64,000 bases of DNA from an uncultured delta proteobacterium (GTDB taxonomy: Bacteria > Desulfobacterota > Binatia > UBA9968): the NCBI GenBank assembly GCA_963816145.1, contig CAWFJP010000014.1, positions 64,001 to 128,000 on the forward strand, written 5' to 3'. Positions 37,415-47,962 of the stretch are shown one piece after another (positions within the stretch are counted from its first letter, which is position 1; each line of letters starts with the position of its first letter). The translations under genes were made by a program, and so were the position numbers. The notes beneath the pieces are model-generated. The model made no database searches, had not been told where the DNA came from, and saw nothing but the letters and a program-made list of their open reading frames with translations.

Positions 37415-39691
37415 TCAGTCGTCGATGGCGAGTTCAGGTTCCTGGCTCGCGGCGCCATCGCCTTCGACCCAGGGTTTGAACTTTTCGTAGAGCTCGTTGA
37501 GCTTGGCTTTATAATGTTCGACGTTTTCGTCAGGATTCTTGGCGTCCCACTCCGAGGCGAGTTTGCAGTTGCCGCTGATTTTCACCTTGGCTTTGCCGCC
37601 GGTGACATAGTACGCGATCTGATCGCCGGCTTGATAGGGGCGTTCGGCTTTGAGCGCCAATTCGTAGGGGGCGGCGGCGTTGCGTTTTTTGGCTTTGACC
37701 TTGGCTTGATAGTTCTCCAGCGAGTCTTGCAACGTCTCGGTTTTTGCCAGCCAAGAAATATCTTTGCGATGATTGGCGATGTCATCGGCATAACGCGCAT
37801 AAAGCTCGGGGATTTTTTCTTTCTCGCCTTTGAGCAGCAGCGTCAGCATCTCCTCCAGCCATTCGCGCTGGAACAGTTCCAGGCCGCGCGAGCGCAGCCC
37901 CGAACCTTTGATGCGCAGCCGGCCCTGCTCGTCGAGCAGAGCGTAGTTTTTCATCTTGTAGCTAAACATGGCCGGATAGCGGCCGTCGAGTTCGAGTTCG
38001 ATACCCTTGGGTAGAATCTCGCCGAGATCGGCGATCAGTTTCTCTTCGTCCGCGGCGGATTTTACATCCTCCGGCGGGACGAAATAGATGCCGTCGGTGT
38101 CGACTTCGATGATCTTGGCGTCCTTGGCTTTCAGCCAGGCGACGGCAGATTGAATCAGCTCACGACCTTTTGCGGTGACCTGATTGGCTGCGCTGAAATC
38201 GTTGAAGTGCGCCATCTGAAAACCCAGGTAGCCGTAGAATGAATTGATGAGAATTTTAAACGTCGATTGCAGGGCGTTGAAATAAATTCGACCTTCCTCG
38301 TCACCAGCGTCGCGGGCGAGCTCCTTGGCCTTGACGCGGAAGGTGCGCAGATCGCTCAACAGGCCGGGAAAAACGCCGAGCTCGTCTTTCTTTGGCAGGT
38401 ATTTATAAACCAGCATGATCGACGGATAGAGCGAGGTGACGTCGCAGTGGAGCACGCGGTTCGCCGTGCCTTGATATTCCATATCGGTAAACCCGCCGAC
38501 GACATTGCCGACTTCGTCGGGGTAGGGCACCGAGTGACGCTGGTGCAGGTACTCGCGCAGGAAAAGCGCATCGATCTTGGTTGCATTGCCGCGCAGCGGT
38601 ATGTTCTGGTAGCTGAATGGAAATATCTGCGCCTCGACGAAATAACTGGGGGAAAGGATCTCCGAGATCGCCCGGGTCTCGCGCACGTCGTCGAGCGCGT
38701 AGCGAAATAGCGTGTCGGGATCATGGTCGAAGTACCAGCTGGTCTTGTCGCCGGGCACGTAGGTGCGCTCGGCGCCGGCGATGCCGAAGTGGCGCGCGAT
38801 GTCTTTCAAGCCGAAGCTTTCCAGCTCCCGGGTGGCGACGTCGTAGTGTTGGGCGAGGATCCAGGTGTCGATGATATGGCGGCCGAAGATTTCGTACTTG
38901 CGATAGGTGATCGTCCGCTCGGCCATCTGCATGCGCGATGCGTGGCCGCTCAGACGCGAGCCGTCGCGGCCGAAGTTGAGCGCGACTTTGTGGCGCTTGG
39001 CGCGCGCCTCGATGTATTCCAGATCGAAGCGGAACAGGTTATGCCCCTCGATCACGTCGGGGTCGCGCTGCTGGATTACTTTTACCAACTCGCGCAGCAT
39101 TTCCGCTTCGCTGTGCTCTTTGCCCGAGATCAGCCGTTCCCAGCCGGTGGAGTCGGACAGGGCGATGGCGGTGATGCGGTCGGTCTCCCGCGCCGCATTG
39201 GGAAAATTGAAGCCGCTCTGGCAATAGGTCTCGATGTCGAGCTGCAAGCGTTTCAAATCGCGAAAGGTCATGCCGAGAAAATGCGTCCGGCCGGAGAGCA
39301 AAAGAAACTGTTGCAATGGATCGCTGAAATACCAGTAGGGGGCGTCGCCGGCGGAAGGTGTCTTACCGGTCTTTTTTTGCAAATAGGATTTGGCGTCGTC
39401 GAGCTGTTTCAAGTCGGCGAATAGCGCCAGACGGTTGAAGGCGCCGCTGCCTGCGAGTTTTTCGATCTGCGCTTGGCCTTTCCAGCCGCTCAATGGCTCG
39501 TCGCCTTCGAGCAGCATCAAGGGCTGCAACGTGGCCGTTTCGCTGCGCAGGGTGTCGCCGTCGCGAAAGAATATTTTTACGCTGGCGTCGCCGTCGACCT
39601 CGTATCCGATGGCGCCTGGCGTGGCATCATGGCCGAATAAGACTTCGTTTTTTTGAAATAGCGGGAGCAGTTGTTGGCGTTGTGCTTGCAT
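37415..39691 (-). CDS. family B DNA polymerase with 3'-5' exonuclease
   Basis: Exo I LDIET, Exo II GHNLFRFD, Exo III YALDD; Pol motifs DVTSLYPS, KILINSFYG, DTDG. Confidence 0.93.
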   Translation of the reverse strand: MQAQRQQLLPLFQKNEVLFGHDATPGAIGYEVDGDASVKIFFRDGDTLRSETATLQPLMLLEGDEPLSGWKGQAQIEKLAGSGAFNRLALFADLKQLDDAKSYLQKKTGKTPSAGDAPYWYFSDPLQQFLLLSGRTHFLGMTFRDLKRLQLDIETYCQSGFNFPNAARETDRITAIALSDSTGWERLISGKEHSEAEMLRELVKVIQQRDPDVIEGHNLFRFDLEYIEARAKRHKVALNFGRDGSRLSGHASRMQMAERTITYRKYEIFGRHIIDTWILAQHYDVATRELESFGLKDIARHFGIAGAERTYVPGDKTSWYFDHDPDTLFRYALDDVRETRAISEILSPSYFVEAQIFPFSYQNIPLRGNATKIDALFLREYLHQRHSVPYPDEVGNVVGGFTDMEYQGTANRVLHCDVTSLYPSIMLVYKYLPKKDELGVFPGLLSDLRTFRVKAKELARDAGDEEGRIYFNALQSTFKILINSFYGYLGFQMAHFNDFSAANQVTAKGRELIQSAVAWLKAKDAKIIEVDTDGIYFVPPEDVKSAADEEKLIADLGEILPKGIELELDGRYPAMFSYKMKNYALLDEQGRLRIKGSGLRSRGLELFQREWLEEMLTLLLKGEKEKIPELYARYADDIANHRKDISWLAKTETLQDSLENYQAKVKAKKRNAAAPYELALKAERPYQAGDQIAYYVTGGKAKVKISGNCKLASEWDAKNPDENVEHYKAKLNELYEKFKPWVEGDGAASQEPELAIDD

Positions 39692-39833
39692 AATATCAGC
39701 GCCGACTATAGCAAACCGAGGGGGCTTCTCCTAGCCTCAGTCGCCCCGGTCATCGGGTTTTGGCTATAGATTTTTTCACCGAATGGCGCTTTTCACTGGA
39801 GCGATTGGGGCGGGATATGGTAAATTATTACTT

Positions 39834-40613
39834 ATGGATCCGCTCAGTTTTGAAAGCCGGCCAGTTTTGCGCAGCCCAATCTTGGTGCTGGCGTTTGCCG
39901 GTTGGAGCGACGCCGGCGCTTCAGCGACGACCGCGTTGCGTTATCTAGTCGATAACTTGATGGGCAAGAAGTTTGCCAGCATCGATCCCGAAGAGTTCTA
40001 TGATTTTTACCGCCAACGGCCGGTGGTGCGGCTCAATGACGCAAAAGTTCGCGAGATTCATTGGCCGTCATTCGATTTTTACCACGGCGCCGGAATCGGT
40101 CTCGATAAGGATTTTATTTTCGGCATCGGCGCCGAGCCGCATCTGCGCTGGCGGACCTTTACCGAGACCATGCTGCGTTTCGCCCGCGCGTGTGAGGCGG
40201 AAATGGTGGTGACGTTGGGCGCCTATCTCGATGAAGTGCTCTACACGCGGCCGGTGCCGTTGACCGGTTACTCCACCGACGCCAAATTGATGGAAGAGCT
40301 GGATCTCACGCCCTCCCGCTATCAGGGGCCCACCGGCATCGTCGGCGTGTTGACCGATGCCTGCCGGCAGAACAGCGTGGCGAACCTGAGCATCTGGGCG
40401 TCGCTGCCGCATTATCTGAATGTTTCACCCAACCCGCGCGGCAGTTTGGCGCTGCTGTTGCGGATGAACCAATGGCTCGGCTTGCGCGTCGACACGACGC
40501 CGTTGGAACGCGCCGCGGCCGACTTCCAAGCCAAGATCAACGAAGCCGTCAACGCCGACCCTAAACTTTCCGCTTACGTGCGTGAACTCAAAAAACGCGA
40601 ATTCGAACAGTGA
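39834..40613 (+). CDS. PAC2 family (proteasome assembly chaperone-like) protein
   Basis: AFAGWSDAG, DPEEFYDF...RP, EPHLRWR, YQGPTGIVG, WASLPHY. Confidence 0.88.
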   Translation: MDPLSFESRPVLRSPILVLAFAGWSDAGASATTALRYLVDNLMGKKFASIDPEEFYDFYRQRPVVRLNDAKVREIHWPSFDFYHGAGIGLDKDFIFGIGAEPHLRWRTFTETMLRFARACEAEMVVTLGAYLDEVLYTRPVPLTGYSTDAKLMEELDLTPSRYQGPTGIVGVLTDACRQNSVANLSIWASLPHYLNVSPNPRGSLALLLRMNQWLGLRVDTTPLERAAADFQAKINEAVNADPKLSAYVRELKKREFEQ

Positions 40614-41320
40614 AACTCTCCGTCCTCGTCCCGGTCTACAACGAAGAGTCCACGCTGGAAGAGGTCGTTAGGCGAGTGTGCGCGTTTCCCATGGCCAAGG
40701 AAATCATTCTCGTTGATGACGGATCGAAAGACCGCAGCCGCGAAATTCTCGAACGGCTCGCACAGGCGAACAAAGCGGCCAACGATCCGCTCAACCATAT
40801 CAAAGTTTTTTTTCAGCCGCACAACCAAGGTAAGGGGGCGGCGCTGCGCACGGCCCTGGGTCATGTCACCGGTGATATCGTGCTGGTGCAAGACGCCGAT
40901 CTCGAGTACGATCCCGACGATTATCCGGCTTTGTTAGAGCCGATTCAAAAAGGGCAGGCCGACGTTGTTTACGGTTCGCGTTTTATTGGCGGCGGCCCAC
41001 ACCGGGTACTTTTTTTCTGGCATTCGGTGGGCAACCGCGGCTTGACCCTGCTGTCGAACATGCTCACGAACCTTAATCTTTCCGACATGGAAGTCGGCTA
41101 CAAGGTTTTTCGCGCCGAGGTGCTGAAAGGTATTGAATTGAAGTCAAAGCGTTTTGGCTTCGAGCCCGAGATCACGATAAAGCTTGCCAAAAAACGTTGT
41201 CGTTTCTACGAAGTGCCGATCTCCTATTACGGCCGCACCTATGAAGAGGGCAAGAAGATCACCTGGAAAGACGGCATAGCGGCGCTGTACTACATGATTC
41301 GCTTTAAATTCTCCGATTGA
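40610..41320 (+). CDS. glycosyltransferase family 2 (DPM1-like)
   Basis: VPVYNE, VDDGSKD, QDADLEY, GFEPE. Confidence 0.92.
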   Translation: MKLSVLVPVYNEESTLEEVVRRVCAFPMAKEIILVDDGSKDRSREILERLAQANKAANDPLNHIKVFFQPHNQGKGAALRTALGHVTGDIVLVQDADLEYDPDDYPALLEPIQKGQADVVYGSRFIGGGPHRVLFFWHSVGNRGLTLLSNMLTNLNLSDMEVGYKVFRAEVLKGIELKSKRFGFEPEITIKLAKKRCRFYEVPISYYGRTYEEGKKITWKDGIAALYYMIRFKFSD

Positions 41321-41337
41321 CTGACCGCAAAAAAGAA

Positions 41338-41363
41338 AGGGCGCAGCATGCTGCGCCCCTACG
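41338..41363. repeat. GTAGGGGCG-type REP hairpin
   Basis: AGGGCGCAGCATGCTGCGCCCCTACG preceded by A-run; may also terminate transcription. Confidence 0.7.
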
Positions 41364-41386
41364 GCTCATCCAAATTTGTCCGGTGA

Positions 41387-42337
41387 CTAGCCCCTCGCTC
41401 CCTCGTTCCACAATTCATCCATGTAATCGCGTAGCGCTTCTTTGAGCGGATATTTCGGGGTGTAGCCCAGTTCCGCTTGGCTCACGCTGATATCCATCGG
41501 GATGCTGCGGCTCTTGTCGGCCGCGCTGCTGCCGCTGACTTTGACGTCGAGTTTGGGCGCCACTTCGCGCACCACTTGGGCCAGTTGCTCGGCCCCATGG
41601 ACCGCGCCGGTGCCGGCGTTGTAGATGCGTTGCCTGGGATTTTGCGCTTGGCAGGCGAGCAAGAGCGCCTGGCCGACGTCTTTGCCGTAGACATATTCGT
41701 TGGGGCCGTAGGTCTTGGCGTCGATGGTAATCGGATCGCCCTTGATCATCGCCAACGCCAGATCGCGCATGACCATGCCGACGGTGGAGCCGCCGACATA
41801 GAAGCCGCGGCCGAAAACGCCGCCGGGACGGATGATGATGGTGTCGAGGTTGTACATGCTGGCGTAGGCGTGGAGCAAATGCTCGGAGCAAACTTTGGTC
41901 GTCGCGTACAGATTATGACCGCCGATGGGATGAAGTTCTTTGACGACGTTGTCGGTAATCTTGCCGCGTTCATAGACCCCGAAGGTGCTGACGTAGACTA
42001 CCCGGCGCAGTTTTCGTAGCCGCGCCGCTTCGAGAATATTGATCGTGCCGAGAATATTATTAGTCGCGCCGGTGTAGGAGTTTTCCTGAACCCGGCCGCC
42101 GATCAAGCCGGCGGTGTGCACCATGGTGTCGACGTTGAATTTTTCCAATGCGGTGAGCAGCGCCGGTAAGTCGAGCATGTTGGCGGCCACCACATCGGCT
42201 TTGTCTTTGCCGACGACCTTCTGAACGTAATCGCGATTGGGCGATAAATCGAAAAGCACGACTTTGTGGCCGGCGTCGACCATTTGCCGCGCTGCGTGGG
42301 CGCCGATCAGTCCGGCGCCGGTGATGAGAATGTTCAT
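41387..42337 (-). CDS. NAD-dependent epimerase/dehydratase
   Basis: ITGAGLIG, YATTK, GGAGG RBS. Confidence 0.9.
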   Translation of the reverse strand: MNILITGAGLIGAHAARQMVDAGHKVVLFDLSPNRDYVQKVVGKDKADVVAANMLDLPALLTALEKFNVDTMVHTAGLIGGRVQENSYTGATNNILGTINILEAARLRKLRRVVYVSTFGVYERGKITDNVVKELHPIGGHNLYATTKVCSEHLLHAYASMYNLDTIIIRPGGVFGRGFYVGGSTVGMVMRDLALAMIKGDPITIDAKTYGPNEYVYGKDVGQALLLACQAQNPRQRIYNAGTGAVHGAEQLAQVVREVAPKLDVKVSGSSAADKSRSIPMDISVSQAELGYTPKYPLKEALRDYMDELWNEGARG

Positions 42338-42425
42338 GTTGCCTCCTCTAGGTTTTTGATGAAGTTTTGCTTTATTGGTTTTTAAGGTTTCCGTGCGCGT
42401 GATTTGGCACTATCACTTTAAGTTC

Positions 42426-42543
42426 GTTCACCACGCAGATCGTAAAACGTTGGGATAACTAGGAAGGGTCGGATTGATGTCCGCCCCTACGAAATCTTTG
42501 TGCTCTTCGTGTCCTTCGTGGTGCCAATTCCTTCGCGGTAAAA
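42426..42543. repeat. nested repeat (CACCACG IR containing a CGCCCCTAC REP)
   Basis: CACCACG...GGGTCGGATTGATGTCCGCCCCTACG...CTTCGTGTCCTTCGTGGTG. Confidence 0.7.
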
Positions 42544-42557
42544 CCCGAGATTTCTCA

Positions 42558-43528
42558 TTATTTGATGCCCAACTCCTGGTTAATTTCCTTCTGTAGACTG
42601 AAGTCGAAAATCTTCGCCGCCGGCACCGGCTCTTTGAGCTTCAGCACTTCGGCGTCGGCGCGGAGAAATTCTTCCACTTCCTTGTCGGTGGGTATGCCAT
42701 TCGTTGTAAACGCCGGACGCGCCAGGCGATAGGATTCGAGCGCCACGGCGAGGTCGACGTTGAGAAATTTGGCCAAGACTTCGGCCGTGCCGCGTTCGTT
42801 TTCGAACAAGTAGCGGTGCGCACGGGAGCGGGCGCGCAGAATGCGTTTCACCAGGTCACGCTTCTCGCGAATGAGCTTGTCAGAAAAGGCCAGGCCGTTT
42901 TGTAGATTCGCCAGGTCTTCCAGAGTACTGCCGTGGATGCGCAGCTTGAACTTATCGCGCGCAACGATGACCGTCGGCGGCGATAGCGCGACTAACTGAA
43001 CCACACCGCTCAAGAGGCTCTGGAGTTGGGCTGGAACATCGCCGCCGATCACCACGGTGATGTCCTTGTCCGGGTCGAGCCCGGCTTTCTGCAGCAGGCG
43101 CAGAGCAGCCAGATGTTGGGAGCCGCCGAAGGTGGTGGTGCCGAAGGTTTTGCCTTTGAGCTCGGCCAGCGATTTGATTTCCGGCTTGGTCACCAGCCAA
43201 AATAGGTTTTTCTTGAGACTCTGTGACAAGACTTTGGCCGGCAGGTCGCTGCGCTCGGCGGCGCGGATCAGCGTGCCGACGTTATTGATCGCATGGGCGT
43301 CGCCGCTGAGCAGCGCGGTGACGCCGATGTTGCCGCGCACCTGGACGACATCGGCGAGCAGCCCCTCTTGGCGAAAAAAGCCGCGCTCCTGGGCGATGTA
43401 AAGATCGACCGAAGCGATGCTGCGGCTGGGGTAGGTGATGACGATGCGTTCGAGGGTCGATTGCGCGTTGGCCGTCGCGCCGCAAGAAGCCAGGCCAACC
43501 AGCCGAGGACAAAGAGAGTAGGTTTCAT
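42558..43528 (-). CDS. ABC substrate-binding protein (frameshift near 43480)
   Basis: Signal MKPTLFVLGW in one frame; GFFRQEGL, LKGKTFGTTTFG, IFDFS in another. Confidence 0.8.
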
Positions 43529-43653
43529 TTGGCTGTCGATATTTAGTGGAAAAGCCGTGGATGTCAACCGAGCTCCGATCATGAGCCGCCAGCGTCTCTT
43601 GAAACCGCGCCGGAAGTTACAGTATACAGATGGAAACAAGGAGGACTGGTCCC

Positions 43654-44073
43654 ATGAAAGTAAAGCAAATCTATCACATCGGCTTACCCTGCAATGATCT
43701 TGAGCGCGGCGTTAAGTTCTACACCGAAGTTTTGGGCATGAAATGCACCAAAATCGGTTATGACACCGAGAGCGGCGGTCTGTACAAAGATAAATACGGC
43801 ATGTTCCCCAACATCGCCCGGCTTTTTATGGAAGACGGCATGTGTTTGGTGCTGTTCCAGCGGCCGGAAGAGGTCGAGCGCGGCGATTTCGATGAGGGTA
43901 CGTCGCACCTGGCATTGGAAGTGAGTTCGGAAGACTTCGACAAGGCCAACGATGAGCTTAAAAAAGCCGGCGTGAAAGTGACCATCGACAAGCCGGTGGT
44001 TCGGCCGACCGGCAAGGCGATTTATTTCTACGACACCGAACAGAACTACATTCAGCTCTGGGCGCGGCCGTAA
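43654..44073 (+). CDS. VOC/glyoxalase family protein
   Basis: YHIGL...FYTEVLG, SHLALEV, YFYD; AGGAGG RBS. Confidence 0.88.
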   Translation: MKVKQIYHIGLPCNDLERGVKFYTEVLGMKCTKIGYDTESGGLYKDKYGMFPNIARLFMEDGMCLVLFQRPEEVERGDFDEGTSHLALEVSSEDFDKANDELKKAGVKVTIDKPVVRPTGKAIYFYDTEQNYIQLWARP

Positions 44074-44083
44074 TTGAGATGTA

Positions 44084-44146
44084 GTTTCGATTTACGGGTT
44101 TCACGTTCCGGGTTAACCCGAAATCCAAGACTCGAAACTCGAAACG
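44084..44146. repeat. inverted heptamer repeat
   Basis: GTTTCG...GTTCCGGGTT AACCCGAAATCCAAGACTCGAAACTCGAAACG. Confidence 0.65.
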
Positions 44147-44183
44147 TTTTTTCAATATTCCCCGAGTTTCCTGGACGAGCAGT

Positions 44184-45005
44184 TCAGGGGGCTCGGGGAA
44201 TGTCTTTTTGGCCGTCGGCGAGCCGTTTGGCCGAGGTGAGAAATCCGGTATGCGCGACCATGCGGTGTTGCGGTCGAGCGCTCATGCCCTTGAAATGCCA
44301 GAAGCGCATCAAGCTTTCGCTGGTTTCGATGCAGGCGAAACGTTTATCTTCGCGCAGGGTATCGACCAGGCTCTTCACTTGCAGTACCGTCGGCAAATAG
44401 CAAAGCAAAATGCCGCCGGGCCGCAGCGCCCGCCAGGCGCGCTCGATAACATGCCAGGGCTCGGGCAGGTCCAGTATGACGCGATCGATGTCGCTTTCAT
44501 TCAAATCGGTGGCGACGTTGCCGATCTTGATCGTCCAGTTGGGCGACGGACCGAAGTAGCGCGCGACGTTTTGCTGCGCCATCTCGGAAAAGTCCTCACG
44601 CAACTCGTAGGAAATTAGTTGCCCATCGCGGCCGATGGCGCGCAGGAGCGCCATGCTCAAAGCACCGGCACCGACACCGGCCTCGACGACCCGCGCGCCG
44701 GGAAAGAGGTCGGCCCAGATCAAGATCGGCCCGAGGTCTTTCGGATAGATGACCTGCGCGGTGCGCGGCAGGTTGGGAATCAGCTGCGGCAAACTCGGAC
44801 GAAAGACCAGAAACGGCTCATTTAACGACGAGCGTACGACGATGCCTTCGTCGTGACCGATGATGTCCTCGACGGCGATCTTGCCGCCGCGGATGGCGAT
44901 GGGGCGCCGCTGATCGAGGCGCGAGAGATATTCGCGATCTTTGCGGTCGAGCAAGATGACCGGCTCGTCGGCGGCCAATGGGCCTCTGCGATAGTTGCTG
45001 TCCAT
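44184..45005 (-). CDS. trmI: tRNA (adenine-58-N1)-methyltransferase
   Basis: RTAQVIYPKD, VEAGVGAGAL, LDLPEPW, VAHTGFL. Confidence 0.92.
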   Translation of the reverse strand: MDSNYRRGPLAADEPVILLDRKDREYLSRLDQRRPIAIRGGKIAVEDIIGHDEGIVVRSSLNEPFLVFRPSLPQLIPNLPRTAQVIYPKDLGPILIWADLFPGARVVEAGVGAGALSMALLRAIGRDGQLISYELREDFSEMAQQNVARYFGPSPNWTIKIGNVATDLNESDIDRVILDLPEPWHVIERAWRALRPGGILLCYLPTVLQVKSLVDTLREDKRFACIETSESLMRFWHFKGMSARPQHRMVAHTGFLTSAKRLADGQKDIPRAP

Positions 45006-45048
45006 TTAAATTTAGGTGCGGGTTAGCGGATATCGTCGATCCAGGTCC

Positions 45049-45132
45049 TTTCACCACGAAGGCACGAAGGACACGAAGGGGTCAGATAAAATAATTCCGA
45101 ACTTCGTGATCTTCGTGTCCTTCGTGGTGAAA
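45049..45132. repeat. CACCACGAAG inverted repeat
   Basis: TTTCACCACGAAGGCACGAAGGACACGAAG...CTTCGTGATCTTCGTGTCCTTCGTGGTGAAA. Confidence 0.9.
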
Positions 45133-45178
45133 ACATGATTTTTATTCGGCCTTCCGCAGCAAACGCGGACGCGCCGAG

Positions 45179-46292
45179 TTATTTGATTGTGTAGTGACCC
45201 AGTCCCTGGCGGTGCAGTTCGTCGACGATCTCGCGCACTTCCTGGGAGCGATTGAGATCGCCGACTAGAATGGCGTCGGGGGTGTCGACGACGACGGCAT
45301 TGTCGATGCCCAAGAGCACGACTAGACGATCGGGAGAATGAATCAGGCAATTTTTTGCGCCCAATTGCACCCAGCGGCCGTTGCCGGCGTTGCCGTGAGC
45401 GTCTTTGCCCATCATGCGATGGACCGCCGACCAGCTGCCGACATCGCTCCAGCCGAAGTCGGCCTCGACGGTGACGACTTTGCCCTCGGCGCCGGCCTTT
45501 TCCAACACCGCGAAGTCGATGGAGATGCTCGGCATCTTGCCATACTCACGGCTGATGGTGCGCCGCAACGCCGGGCTTGGGTTTGCTAGGGTTTTTCCCG
45601 CGGCGGCTGTGCCAATGCGGCCGAGCGCCGCACCGATCTCGGGCTGGTAGCGATTCAATAGTTCCAAAAGCAGCGATGCCTTCCAGACAAAGATGCCGCT
45701 GTTCCACAGCGAGCCTTGGCGAATCAGTTTTTTGGCGGTCGCTTCGTTGGGCTTCTCGGTAAACTTTTTTACCTGGAAGGCGGTGCCGCCGGAAGCGGCA
45801 AATTGGCCGCTCTTCATGATGTAGCCATAGCCGGTTTCCGGATAATCGGGACGAATGCCGATGGTGACCAGTCGATCGTGTTTTTTCGCCAGCGCGACAG
45901 CCGACTTCAGCGTGCGGCGGAAACCCTTCCCATCGGTGACCCAATGGTCGGCAGGAAGCACGACCATCACGCCGTTGGGATCACGGCGCAGGACTTCCAA
46001 CGCCGCCAAGCCGATACAGGGCGCGGTATTTTTCCCTTGAGGTTCGGCGATAAAATTGTTTTTCGGCAGGGCTGACAGGTCTTTTTTGAGCGCGCTGACT
46101 TGCTCGGCTACGGTGACGACCAAGGTTCTGCTCGCGTCCGCCGAGGCCGAAGACCCGCTCGGCGGTTTCATCGATCAGGCTTTTGCCGCTCAAGATTTTT
46201 AACAACTGTTTGGGTCGCTGGGCGCGGCTCAAGGGCCAGAAGCGCGTGCCTTTGCCGCCGGCGATGATGACGTTGAAGCAGTGTTTATCCAT
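45179..46292 (-). CDS. manC: mannose-1-phosphate guanylyltransferase (frameshift near 46140)
   Basis: AGGKGTRFWPLSR, EPQGKNTAP, PADH, FTEKP, WNSG, WSDVGSW across two ORFs. Confidence 0.88.
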
Positions 46293-46339
46293 GTTTTGCG
46301 CGAGTTGCTGAACGCGGTCGTTAGTGTACGGTAGGCGAC

Positions 46340-47324
46340 ATGGGCGATCAAGCAGAGGGCGGTGAAAACAAGTTTTGGCTGGCGCCGGACGGTGCGCCGC
46401 CAGTTCGGTTAGACGGCTTCTTGCGCCAGTGTTTGCCCCATTTGTCGCGCCAAGAAATTCATCGCGCCATTGCCGAAGACTTATTTCTACTTAACGGCCG
46501 CATCGCGCGTAAGGGCGATCGCGTTAGTGGCGGCGACCGGCTCTCCTTCATCGGACCGCTGGACTTGCTGGCCGACGCCCCGCCGCCAGCCGCGCAACTT
46601 AAGATCCCGATCATCTATGAGGACGAATCGATTCTCGCCGTCGACAAACCGGCGGGCGTGGCGACCCATGGTTTTTCCGGCCGGGACGGCGCCACGCTGG
46701 CGAACTTTCTTGCGGCTCATCGGCCTGAAGTTTTGCACATTGGCAAGAGCCGCTGGGAGCCCGGACTGGTGCACAGGCTCGATATCGAGACCTCTGGAGT
46801 CGTCGTGATTGCGAAGACGCAGGTCGCCTTCGACTCCCTGCGCGAGCAGTTTCGCCGCCGGGAGGTCAAGAAAATCTATATGGCGCTGATTTGGGGACAG
46901 CCGCTCGATCGCGGCACCATCGAGCTGGCGCTGGCCCATGATCGCGGCGATAGGACGGCGCATGGTCGCGGTGCGGCAACCCGAGCGGAGCCCCGACCGC
47001 CGGATTTGGCGGGCGATTACGCATTATCGCGTTGTTGCTAGTGCCCGCGGCCTAAGCTTGCTGGAGGTCGAGATGGAGACCGGTGTGACGCACCAGATTC
47101 GCGTGCATCTATCCGCCAACGGCTATCCGATCGTCGGCGATGCGCTTTATGGTGCGGATTACTCCGAGACTTTCGGCCTGGCGCGCCATTTCCTGCACGC
47201 GCGCAGCCTCACTCTGCGCCACCCGGCGAGTGGTAATATTCTGACTGTCGATGCCGCGCTGGCGGTGGAGCTGCGAGAGGTTTTGCAGCGAATCGGGCTG
47301 TCGTTTAGGCGGCGCTGGTTTTGA
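46340..47324 (+). CDS. RluA/RluD family pseudouridine synthase (frameshift near 46955)
   Basis: S4-like N-terminus, VDKPAG, HRLD, TGVTHQIRVH, IVGDALY. Confidence 0.88.
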
Positions 47325-47664
47325 TGCCTTTGGCCTTGGCGCAGGCGCCGCAGAAGTTGTTAAGCGTGACGGTTTCTTCCATCCAGCCGTCATCGAGGTT
47401 GTGGCAGATCTTCTTGCATTCGAAGCAGATGAAGTACAAACCGTCGATGCTTTTGTTGATTTTTTCGCGGTTAAGCACGCGGCCGCGCAGCTTGTCGATG
47501 CGAATGCCGAGCAGCTCTTCGTAGTTCTTCTTTATCTTGCGCCGTCCAGCTTCGTCACTTGGAAGATCTTCATCGTCGGATTCGTCTTGGGTGCCGTCGT
47601 CGATGTAGTCATGTGAGCGATCTTTGGCTGGCCGACCCGCGGTTTTCTTCTTGGCTCTTGCCAT
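47305..47664 (-). CDS. hypothetical protein with CxxC...CxxC zinc-finger-like motif
   Basis: Basic/acidic N-terminus; CFECKKIC and FCGAC; host codon usage. Confidence 0.7.
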   Translation of the reverse strand: MARAKKKTAGRPAKDRSHDYIDDGTQDESDDEDLPSDEAGRRKIKKNYEELLGIRIDKLRGRVLNREKINKSIDGLYFICFECKKICHNLDDGWMEETVTLNNFCGACAKAKGIKTSAA

Positions 47665-47962
47665 TTTGATTCTTACTCCGTGCGATTTTGCTCCCGGCAT
47701 CTGATGGTAAATGGATCTATTTTCATAATGAACGCAGCTAGGGTTGTCAATAGTGAAGTAGGAAAGCGCCGCAATAAAGATTGCTCCTCGGTAACATCAT
47801 CGCGGGTGGCTGGCGTATCATTCTTCCGAATCCTGGCGGCGCCTTGCCAGACATCACCCTTTAGGCGTAAAAGGCGCTAGTTTGGCAATCGGCGTCTATG
47901 AGTTTCTTGGTCCGAATGAGTGTCGTCGTTCCTTACAAACTGAAAGATAGGAGGATGCGTCG

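Noticed and set aside
37415-39691. PolB as marker of a prophage, casposon or pipolin
   Set aside because: No integrase, Cas1, structural genes, att sites or TIRs; host-like codon usage.
42404-42420. TTGGCAC as sigma54 promoter
   Set aside because: No GC at -12 and it points away from any gene start.
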